Positions 7,698 to 14,820 of a stretch of 17,139 bases of DNA are shown one piece after another. A program made the position numbers and the translations under genes. The number at the start of each line of letters is the position of its first letter. The first letter of the stretch is position 1. Location: the NCBI GenBank assembly GCA_964247135.1, contig CAXTTL010000094.1, forward strand, positions 1 through 17,139. The letters are read 5' to 3'. The DNA comes from an uncultured Deinococcales bacterium. Its GTDB lineage: Bacteria; Deinococcota; Deinococci; Deinococcales; JAAFIG01. The notes under the pieces were generated by a model. It made no database searches. It was given only the letters and a program-made list of their open reading frames with translations, and was not told the origin of the DNA.

Positions 7698-8774
7698 GTG
7701 TTGTCCGTGAATTCAGTGCAAATTAAACCCATGAATGCTCGAGCTTTGGTCGATGTGATCGTGGTGGGGGCTGGGCTGGCGGGTTTGGCGGCGGCTCGAG
7801 ATTTGCAAAACGCGGGTTTTGGTGTCTTGGTGCTCGAGAAATCCCGTGGCGTTGGCGGGCGGTGCGCGACCAAACGCCTTGCGGTTGGCGATGGCGTGGC
7901 GCGGGTCGATCATGGTGCGCAGTTTTTCACGGTTCGCGGTGAACGGCTGCAAAAACTGGTGATTCAACTCGAGTCTTCGGGTGTGGTTCAAGCCTGGACT
8001 CGTGGCTTTCCCAAATTGACTGTAAGGGGTCTGGAGCCTCGAGCGGCGGGTCATTCGCGTTACAAGTGCAAAGACGGCATGAACGCCCTGGCAAAAGCCT
8101 TTGTGGAAGATGCTGCGGGTTTGCCGCTCGAGGTTGTGCCCAATGCTTTGGTCAGCGCGGTTTTTCCAAGTCATTTGGGTTGGAGCGCGGTGCTCGAGAA
8201 TGGCGAAATTTACCAAGCTCGAGGTTTGATCGTGAACGCGCCCGCGCCGCAAGCCCTGGCACTGACCCGCTCGAGTTTGCAAGCACAGACCCTTCAAGCG
8301 CTCGAAGCTGTGCAATTTAACCCCTGCTGGGCGTTGATGGTGGCGCTCGAGGAAAGCCCCGATATTGACTGGCAAGGACTCGAGATTGAACACGAAATGC
8401 TGGAATGGGCGGCGCTCGACTCGAGCAAACGCGAGGCTGGCAGCCCACCGACATTGGTGCTTCACGCCACACCCGCCTGGAGTCAAACCCACCTCGAGCA
8501 AAGCCCAGAAACCGTGGCGGCACTGATGCTCCAGGAGGCAAAGAAATTGTTGGGCGACTGGGTGAAACCCGCTGCCATGCTGGCGCACCGTTGGCGTTAC
8601 GCCAAGCCGAGCATCACGCACCCAGAACTGTTCCTGGCACAAGACAACCTGGTGTTTTGCGGCGATTGGTGTACGACTAACCATAGCCGCATCGAAGCCG
8701 CGATCATGAGTGGTTGGAGTGCCGCCAGTTACTTGCTCGAGCAACTACAAGAAAAAACTCATCTTGTGCTTTAA
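7698..8774 (+). CDS. Renalase-like NAD(P)/FAD-dependent oxidoreductase (COG3380-like)
   Basis: VVGAGLAG, EKSRGVGGR, DHGAQFFT, HRWRYA, CGDW motifs. Start is uncertain (7698, 7701 or 7731). Confidence 0.9.
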   Translation: MLSVNSVQIKPMNARALVDVIVVGAGLAGLAAARDLQNAGFGVLVLEKSRGVGGRCATKRLAVGDGVARVDHGAQFFTVRGERLQKLVIQLESSGVVQAWTRGFPKLTVRGLEPRAAGHSRYKCKDGMNALAKAFVEDAAGLPLEVVPNALVSAVFPSHLGWSAVLENGEIYQARGLIVNAPAPQALALTRSSLQAQTLQALEAVQFNPCWALMVALEESPDIDWQGLEIEHEMLEWAALDSSKREAGSPPTLVLHATPAWSQTHLEQSPETVAALMLQEAKKLLGDWVKPAAMLAHRWRYAKPSITHPELFLAQDNLVFCGDWCTTNHSRIEAAIMSGWSAASYLLEQLQEKTHLVL

Positions 8775-8777
8775 CCT
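8772..8777 (+). promoter_or_regulatory. Putative -10 (TAACCT) of a leaderless hydrolase transcript, overlapping the upstream stop codon
   Basis: TAACCT, then 6 nt, then ATG 8784; no SD sequence. Confidence 0.55.
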
Positions 8778-8783
8778 GTAACC

Positions 8784-9659
8784 ATGAGCCTCGAGCGAAA
8801 CTGGCTGAACATCATTCAGCGTCAAAGCGAAAAAAGTTTGTTACGCCTTCGTCGCGCACCGCTTGACCTGATCAACACCGTGGCATCAAGCAAAAATTTT
8901 AAACTCTTTAAAAACCTCGAATACGGTGCGCTCGAGCGGCAAAAACTGGACTTGTACATTCCAAGGCGTGTCCCGATGGCGCCACTGGTGATTTTTGTTC
9001 ACGGCGGATACTGGCACGGCGGCAGCAAAGACGAGTACGCCTTTCTGGCGGAAACCCTCAACCTCGAGGGGTTTGCCGTGGCGACCGTCAATTACCGCCT
9101 CGCGCCTGGGGCAACCTTCCCAACTTGGATTCGGGATGTAGGACTGGCATTGCGTTGGTTGCGTCGTCACGCCGATGATTACCATTACCAAGCCGAAAAA
9201 GTGGGTTTGATTGGTCACTCGAGCGGCGCTCACATCACCAGTTTGCTGGCGCTCGATGCGCGACATCTGACGGGTGTGGGCTTGACCAGGGATGTGCTGA
9301 GTGCGGTGGTGTGCCTGTCTGGACCCTATGATTTTTTTGATTTCATATTGACCGACACCAAAATCCAAGCCGCCTTCGGCGACCCGCTGCACTGGTCGGA
9401 CACCCAACCCGTGCGCTTCGCCGACGGTACAAACCCGCCCATGCTCTTGATGCACGGCGAAAAAGACACGCTGGTCAGTCCGCTCAACACGCCGGCGCTC
9501 GAGAAAGCCTTGCTTGCCGTGGGCGGCAATGTCAAAGCCGTGATGTTTGAAAAACTCGATCACTTCACGATGCTGGGCGCGTTTTCCAAGATTGGGCGTT
9601 GGCTCGAGCCTCGCGTGCTGCCGACGGTGACAAGTTTTTTGAAGCTAAACCTTGATTAA
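8784..9659 (+). CDS. Alpha/beta hydrolase (HSL-like esterase / arylformamidase-like)
   Basis: LDLYIP, FVHGGYW oxyanion motif, NYRLAP, GHSSG nucleophile elbow, HGEKD, LDH catalytic His. Confidence 0.9.
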   Translation: MSLERNWLNIIQRQSEKSLLRLRRAPLDLINTVASSKNFKLFKNLEYGALERQKLDLYIPRRVPMAPLVIFVHGGYWHGGSKDEYAFLAETLNLEGFAVATVNYRLAPGATFPTWIRDVGLALRWLRRHADDYHYQAEKVGLIGHSSGAHITSLLALDARHLTGVGLTRDVLSAVVCLSGPYDFFDFILTDTKIQAAFGDPLHWSDTQPVRFADGTNPPMLLMHGEKDTLVSPLNTPALEKALLAVGGNVKAVMFEKLDHFTMLGAFSKIGRWLEPRVLPTVTSFLKLNLD

Positions 9660-9670
9660 AGTCTGTTGGG

Positions 9671-9703
9671 AAAACCCGAGCAACCCATAAGAATGGTTGC
9701 CCG
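9671..9703 (-). terminator. Possible intrinsic terminator of the PHP gene
   Basis: Minus strand: CGGGCAACC...GGTTGCTCG stem (one G:U pair), then ggTTTT; lies between convergent genes. Confidence 0.45.
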
Positions 9704-9713
9704 CTTTGAATGT

Positions 9714-10418
9714 TCAGGTTTTGACCCCCGACTTATCGGAGGACAGGGAAGGTTTTAAGCCAAATGTTTTTTGCGCAAATGCCAAGACTGGATGCGTCCA
9801 AACGCCCTTCACCTGACCGCCCCGCAACGCCGCCAGCAAATCAGCCGCGCCCTCAATAGAACGTTGCGGCGTTTGGACCCAGGCGTCGCCGATGTGCGCC
9901 CCAATGTGCGCGTCCGACCCCGCCGACATGGGCAGACCGCGCGAGTGCGCCCAACGTTCAGCCACCGTATTCCAAGACCGCCTCGAGATGCGGGCGTTGA
10001 ACGTCTCGACAATGTCAATGTCCGCCGCGATCCGCTCGAGCGCCGCCGGCTTTAAGCGGTGCACTTTTAAGGGGTCAAAGCCGTGCGGCAACAAAACCAA
10101 ACCGCCCTGGGCATGAATTTCATTGACCGTTTGTTCTGGGGTCAATCCCGCCGGAATCACGCGCTGAAGGTACAGCCCGATCAGTTCGCCCTCACGGGTC
10201 GAAACCTCTTCACCAACGATGATCTTTAGCGTCGGATGCTGCTCGGTCATGCGCCCAAGTTCGACGGCGCCCCAAATTTGGTTGTGGTCGGTGAGTGCCA
10301 AAACGTTCAGGTGCGTTTGTTCGCAGCGCTCGAGAATCGCCGACAGCGGCGTGCGGCAGTCGTAAGACGCCAAACTGTGACAATGCAAATCGATGCGCAG
10401 GGTCGGCGATTGGCTCAT
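9714..10418 (-). CDS. PHP-domain metal-dependent phosphoesterase
   Basis: DLHCHS, LTDHN, GEEVST, PHGFD, ETFNAR, GSDAH motifs. Confidence 0.92.
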   Translation of the reverse strand: MSQSPTLRIDLHCHSLASYDCRTPLSAILERCEQTHLNVLALTDHNQIWGAVELGRMTEQHPTLKIIVGEEVSTREGELIGLYLQRVIPAGLTPEQTVNEIHAQGGLVLLPHGFDPLKVHRLKPAALERIAADIDIVETFNARISRRSWNTVAERWAHSRGLPMSAGSDAHIGAHIGDAWVQTPQRSIEGAADLLAALRGGQVKGVWTHPVLAFAQKTFGLKPSLSSDKSGVKT

Positions 10419-10484
10419 GCCCCAAACCCCAAAAAACTGATGTAAAACGACAGCTCGAGGCTCATGCCCAAATTTAATACCCCC

Positions 10485-10578
10485 ATCTTACGGCTGGTTG
10501 AGGCTGCGCTGACCCGCACCTGAGTCCTGCAAATCCTGTTCTGAACGGATTTCTCAGCCCATCCTCAGTTTGGCTTCA
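10485..10578. promoter_or_regulatory. Divergent promoter region with a minus-strand -10 (TAAGAT) and two opposed sets of 11-bp-periodic nTCA repeats
   Basis: TGAG/TGAC/TGAG at 10499, 10510, 10521; CTCA/CTCA/TTCA at 10553, 10564, 10575. Confidence 0.45.
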
Positions 10579-10814
10579 GGTACAACAAAAAGTCAATTCA
10601 TAAACTTGAATTCAACTTAAGTCATTTCGGTGTGATGCCCGCCAGCCGTGATTTCAAACAGACCAACATCAAGCCACAATTGCGCAGGAGGAAGACCGTT
10701 GCGTTTGTATGCCCACTTTTACAATACGCACGCTTCCTTCAGCAAGGCTCGAGTGCTCAGGTTTCAAACCAGAAGTTTGGTTGTCACCCATCCTCAACAG
10801 GCAACGGTTAAATC

Positions 10815-11819
10815 ATGAACAAACCGCTCGAATCCAGCTCGAAGGCGATGCCCGCACTGCGAAACGTGGTGGGCGCGGTCTTGGCTGGCGCACGGGCAGC
10901 CCGAAACCTGGTCTATTCGTTTGCCTTGGCGGGTTCGGTCGGCGTGACCTCATGGTACAAACGCCGCGCACGGGTGGTCGATGAATTCCCAGAGTTGAGG
11001 CTGTGCGGTGCCTCGGATCGCCTGTTGGTGGTGGTGCCACATCCAGACGACGAGGTGCTCGCCTGCGGCGGCGCGATTTTGTCGGCGATCAAAGCGGGCG
11101 CCAGCGTTCACATTGTCTTTTTGACGCTCGGCGACGGCTTTTGGATCGACGCCGCCCTGATGGCACGCCACTGGCGACCAAGTTGGGCGGACAACCTGCG
11201 GCTCGGTGAGCGACGTCTGAAAGAGGCTCAAAACGCCTCCAAGACCCTGGGTGTGCCAGCTCAAAACCTGTTTTTTCTGGGCTATCCAGACCGAGGATTG
11301 CTGCCAATCATCCAACTCGAGGGAAGCGAGACGGTCTACCAATCGTTTTACACCGGTGCTGACCGTGTGCCGTATGCCGCCGCGCTCTCGCCAGAGGCGC
11401 AATACACCCTGGACAATCTGCTTGCCGACCTCGAGACGGTGCTCGAGCGCGTCAAACCGACCGTGCTGCTCGCCCCGTCGTCGCGCGACGCGCACCCAGA
11501 CCATCAAGCCAGCGCCAAACTCGTGGCGCGGTCGCTCGGCTCGCGCCAGGGGATTCGCCGTTACGAATGGATCATTCACGGCGGTCTGGAATGGCCCCTG
11601 CCCAAAGGCTTTCATCCACGTTTGGCGCTCGTGCCGCCGCCGCGCGGACGCGGGCTATCCTGGGAGCGTCTGGACATCGAACACGATCAGGTGCGCACCA
11701 AATCTCGAGCCATCGGCGCACACCACTCGCAGGTTTTGTTGATGTCGCGCTACCTGAATTCGTTTGCGCGGCGCAACGAGTTGTTCGCCCAGACTGCCCT
11801 CGAGGAAACCGATGTTTGA
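10815..11819 (+). CDS. PIG-L / LmbE-family N-acetylglucosaminyl deacetylase
   Basis: VVPHPDDE metal motif, LTLGDG, LGYPD, DAHPDH, AHHSQ; N-terminal hydrophobic stretch. Alternative start at 10848. Confidence 0.92.
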   Translation: MNKPLESSSKAMPALRNVVGAVLAGARAARNLVYSFALAGSVGVTSWYKRRARVVDEFPELRLCGASDRLLVVVPHPDDEVLACGGAILSAIKAGASVHIVFLTLGDGFWIDAALMARHWRPSWADNLRLGERRLKEAQNASKTLGVPAQNLFFLGYPDRGLLPIIQLEGSETVYQSFYTGADRVPYAAALSPEAQYTLDNLLADLETVLERVKPTVLLAPSSRDAHPDHQASAKLVARSLGSRQGIRRYEWIIHGGLEWPLPKGFHPRLALVPPPRGRGLSWERLDIEHDQVRTKSRAIGAHHSQVLLMSRYLNSFARRNELFAQTALEETDV

Positions 11820-11876
11820 CCGACTTGCTTTGACCCAGGCTCGAGCGGCATCCAAACGGAAGGGTGGCTGAAGATC

Positions 11877-12806
11877 ATGCGAGCGATTTTGATTTACAAC
11901 CCCAGCGCTGGAGGTCACGCAGGCGTCTCGAGCGAGCAATTGCTGTCCGCCCTTGCCGCCGCCGGTTTTGACGCCGAGCACCGACCAACCGCGTCCGAGG
12001 CGGATTTGGACGGGGCACTCGAGGGCAACCCAGAATTGATCGTGGTGGCTGGCGGCGACGGCACGGTACGGGCGGTCGCGGTGCGCATCGCCGGTCGCGG
12101 GATTCCAATGGCGCTCATTCCGATGGGGACCTCGAACAACATTGCCCATTCGCTCGGGCAGACTGGCAAGCCGCTCGAGCTGTGCGCCAACCTTGCCGCG
12201 CCGCGCAAAACCGTTTTCGACCTCGGGCGGGCGCGAGGAGACTGGGGCGAAACGCTGTTTCTGGAGGCGGTCGGTTGGGGTCTGTTCGCCGAAACCTTGC
12301 TGCGGTACGATCCAGACGCGCCCAAAAGCCCAATTCGCGGCGCCCAGGCGGTGATCGGCGCCCTGGGTCATCTGCGAGCCAAAGATTACCGCCTGGTCAT
12401 CGATGGTCAGCCCCGCGAGGGACGTTACCTGCTGATCGAGGCGATGAACACGCCAATGACCGGCAATTCGATGCGATTGGCGCCAAACGCCAAAACCGAT
12501 GACGGGCTGCTCGAGGTGGTTCTGATCGAAGAGGGCGGACGCGTCGGACTGCTCAACTACCTGATGCACCTGGTCGTCGGCAGGCTCGAGGACATCCCAA
12601 CGGTCAGCGTGGTGCAATGCCGGAGTTTCTCCCTCCAGTGGGATGGTGCTCCCGTTCACCTGGATGCCGAAGTCAAGGGCGAGTTGCTCTCCGAAGACCC
12701 GTCCACTGACAGCATTAAACCCCCAACCAAAATCGATCTTGACCTGCTGCCTGGACGCCTCGAATTCTGGCTGTCGGGCAACACCAAAGCCCCGAACGAA
12801 CCGTGA
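11877..12806 (+). CDS. Diacylglycerol/lipid kinase family protein (YegS/BmrU-like)
   Basis: IYNPSAG, AGGDGT, PMGTSNN, APNAKTDDGLLEV, HLDAE; GAGG-like SD weak. Confidence 0.92.
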   Translation: MRAILIYNPSAGGHAGVSSEQLLSALAAAGFDAEHRPTASEADLDGALEGNPELIVVAGGDGTVRAVAVRIAGRGIPMALIPMGTSNNIAHSLGQTGKPLELCANLAAPRKTVFDLGRARGDWGETLFLEAVGWGLFAETLLRYDPDAPKSPIRGAQAVIGALGHLRAKDYRLVIDGQPREGRYLLIEAMNTPMTGNSMRLAPNAKTDDGLLEVVLIEEGGRVGLLNYLMHLVVGRLEDIPTVSVVQCRSFSLQWDGAPVHLDAEVKGELLSEDPSTDSIKPPTKIDLDLLPGRLEFWLSGNTKAPNEP

Positions 12807-12813
12807 ACAGCCC

Positions 12814-13467
12814 ATGACCGATTCCACACCAAAACCGCTCCCTCGAGCCATGCTGTGGCTGCTGGTGTTGTTCGGTCTGTTGTTGCCGCTGTACGGTTTT
12901 GCGGCACTGGCAGAAGACGTTTGGTTGCACGAGGCATTTTTATGGGATCAACGAATTTTAACCTTGCTGCACGGCTTTCAAACCCCGACCCTGGACCGAG
13001 TGGCGCTCATCGTCACCTTCTTTGGCTCCGGCGGACTGATGGCGCTGCTCGGTGCCGCCTACGCGCTGGTCTTGTGGCGCCGCCACCAACCCACCCGCGC
13101 CCTCTACGTGGCGCTGGGCATCGTCGGGGCGGGCGCACTGGACTTGCTCGCCAAAATCATTTTTCAACGCGTCCGACCCCACCTCTGGGACTCGAGCATC
13201 CGCGAACTCGGCTTCAGTTTCCCGAGCGGTCACGCGATGGGATCGATGGCACTGGTCGCGGTGCTGATCGTTTTAAAATGGCACAGCCCCTGGCGTTGGT
13301 GGACGGTCATTCTGGGCAGCCTGTTCGCGTTAACCATCGGACTCTCGAGGTTGTACCTTGGGGTGCATTACCCCTCTGACGTGCTGGCTGGCTGGGGCGC
13401 CGCGATTGCCTGGGTGACTGGGATCAGCCTGATTTTTCGTCATCTGGGACGGGTGAGGGGCGAATGA
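12814..13467 (+). CDS. PAP2-family membrane phosphatase (undecaprenyl-PP / lipid phosphate phosphatase-like)
   Basis: KIIFQRVRP (C1), SFPSGH (C2), SRLYLGVHYPSD (C3); multiple TM helices. ATG 12814, just after the DAGK stop, is preferred over 12643. Confidence 0.93.
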   Translation: MTDSTPKPLPRAMLWLLVLFGLLLPLYGFAALAEDVWLHEAFLWDQRILTLLHGFQTPTLDRVALIVTFFGSGGLMALLGAAYALVLWRRHQPTRALYVALGIVGAGALDLLAKIIFQRVRPHLWDSSIRELGFSFPSGHAMGSMALVAVLIVLKWHSPWRWWTVILGSLFALTIGLSRLYLGVHYPSDVLAGWGAAIAWVTGISLIFRHLGRVRGE

Positions 13468-14147
13468 ACTTTGGCGGCAACCCAGGGTCGTCACAAGCCT
13501 TGAGTCTCGAGGTTCGCCCCTACGATTCACACGACCGCGCGGCAGTTCGCCAGATTGCCTACCAAACTGCTTTTTTGGGCGATTCGATTGCGCCACTGAT
13601 GCCAGACCCCGAACTGTTTGCCGACCTTTGGACGGCGGTCTACACCGACCTGCATCCCGACTTGGCGCTGGTCGCCACATTGAATCAGAAGACCGTGGGT
13701 TACATCTTTGGGGTCACCGACAGTCGAAGCCTGCCAGCAGATTATTTTCGTCATGTGCTTCCGCTCGTGCTGACCAGGCTGGTTCGCGGCGAATACCCAA
13801 ATTGGCGACCAGCTCTGGCATACCTTTTCAGGGCGGCGCTCGAGCCTTCAACCCACGCCCCGTATCGGCTCTATCCTGCCCATTTGCACATCAACCTGCT
13901 CGAGGTTGCCCGTGGTCACGGCGCGGGACGCGCCCTGCTGGAAGGGTTCTTGGCGCAGTGTCAAGCCAAAGGCGCCCTGGGCGTGCAACTCTCGACCACC
14001 GATCACAACACCGCCGCCGTGCGCTTGTACGAACGCAACGGGTTTACAGTTTACAACTCGAGCCTCATGCGCCTGTATTCGGCTTCGGTGTCGGGTCCAA
14101 TGCGGCGCTTGGTGATGGTACGGGTTTTGGAACGCCAAAAAGCCTGA
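13464..14147 (+). CDS. GNAT-family N-acetyltransferase
   Basis: VGYIFG, AHLHINLL..ARGHGAG acetyl-CoA motif, N.AAVRLYERNGF; ATGA overlap with PAP2. Confidence 0.9.
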   Translation: MNFGGNPGSSQALSLEVRPYDSHDRAAVRQIAYQTAFLGDSIAPLMPDPELFADLWTAVYTDLHPDLALVATLNQKTVGYIFGVTDSRSLPADYFRHVLPLVLTRLVRGEYPNWRPALAYLFRAALEPSTHAPYRLYPAHLHINLLEVARGHGAGRALLEGFLAQCQAKGALGVQLSTTDHNTAAVRLYERNGFTVYNSSLMRLYSASVSGPMRRLVMVRVLERQKA

Positions 14148-14154
14148 TGGGTTG

Positions 14155-14220
14155 AAAATCGCAACTCCATAAAACGCGCTCGACTCGAGCGATGTTTTGT
14201 GACTCGAGGAGTTGCGTCAT
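14155..14220 (-). ncRNA. Candidate hairpin small RNA of about 65 nt (or 5' end of a leaderless 51-aa ORF, 14065-14220)
   Basis: Begins at the predicted TSS. CGCAACTCC/GGAGTTGCG outer stem, AAAAC/GTTTT middle stem, CGCTCGA-n-TCGAGCG apex, then ATTTT. Confidence 0.3.
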
Positions 14221-14226
14221 GGGGTT

Positions 14227-14257
14227 ATTGTAGACGTAAAAAGAGTAAAACTGTCAA
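14227..14257 (-). promoter_or_regulatory. Near-consensus sigma-A promoter TTGACA-N19-TACAAT
   Basis: Minus strand: TTGACA (14257-14252), 19-nt spacer, TACAAT (14232-14227), 6 nt, then ATG at 14220. Confidence 0.6.
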
Positions 14258-14301
14258 CCCCAAAAGGCTGACCGTTTTTGATTATCTCGAGAACCGAGTG
14301 T

Positions 14302-14682
14302 TTAGCGCTCAAGCTTTTGATTCTTGGCGGCAACGTTTCGGAAATGAGACAGGTTGTTTCCTGCCCATGATTTCACGGTTGGAAATTCTACAGCACAAAA
14401 ATCAAGATAGAAAAATGGGTAGAATCCTTCGCCTTGAATATCAGAATCGATCAATTCGATACTTTGTGAGTCAATCCAAACGTGATAACGCAAGTTGTGA
14501 CCAATGACCTCACGAACAATGAAATTCCAAGGAATGCACTCTTTTGCATTGTCTCGGTTGATTTCAAGTTTTGCGCCGCGTGCCGCCGCGATCAATTGTA
14601 TAAATTGATCATTACCACTCACTTCAATTCTGACATCCGAAATCCATTTTTTGTGCCACTTTTTGCGAAGTCGTTTTCGCAT
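14302..14682 (-). CDS. Hypothetical protein, AT-rich, with basic N-terminus
   Basis: 126-aa ORF filling the gap downstream of sucD; MRKRLRKKWHKKW start; no family recognised. Confidence 0.55.
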   Translation of the reverse strand: MRKRLRKKWHKKWISDVRIEVSGNDQFIQLIAAARGAKLEINRDNAKECIPWNFIVREVIGHNLRYHVWIDSQSIELIDSDIQGEGFYPFFYLDFCAVEFPTVKSWAGNNLSHFRNVAAKNQKLER

Positions 14683-14765
14683 ACTTACCGAGTGCTCGAA
14701 TGCTTGAACTCAAAGCATTCCAATTGCGAGAAATAAAGTTCTGAAGCGCTCAAAGTCAGAGTACA

Positions 14766-14802
14766 ACAAAAAACTCGAGCAGAAGAGGTTTTCTGCTCGA
14801 GT
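14766..14802 (-). terminator. Intrinsic terminator of sucCD, built from two CTCGAG sites
   Basis: Perfect 12-bp stem ACTCGAGCAGAA (14773-14784) / TTCTGCTCGAGT (14791-14802), followed on the minus strand by a T-run; 18 nt past the sucD stop. Confidence 0.88.
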
Positions 14803-14820
14803 CTACGGACACCTAAATTC

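Noticed and set aside
7713-8744. 343-aa antisense ORF, plus other long shadow ORFs (2843-3688, 8886-9563, 11655-12851, 14953-15762)
   Set aside because: They lie opposite clearly recognisable genes, have no family motifs, and are expected from codon bias in GC-rich DNA.
10412-10469. 11-bp direct repeat GGCTCATGCCC (10412 and 10459)
   Set aside because: It could be a small duplication or target-site scar, but no element or terminal repeats lie between the copies.
10754-11315. Longest CTCGAG-free gap (about 560 bp; others at 827-1324, 7280-7737, 16385-16852)
   Set aside because: With about 118 sites at a mean spacing of about 145 bp, a few gaps near 500 bp are expected by chance.
12643-12813. 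N-terminal extension of the PAP2 ORF; likewise 2069-2131 for DUF433
   Set aside because: The first overlaps the DAGK gene and the second covers the promoter; the downstream ATGs fit better.
14220-14262. TGGGGTT/AACCCCA as an invertible promoter or Tn3-type MITE ends
   Set aside because: The inverted repeat is only 7 bp, with no target duplication or recombinase nearby.
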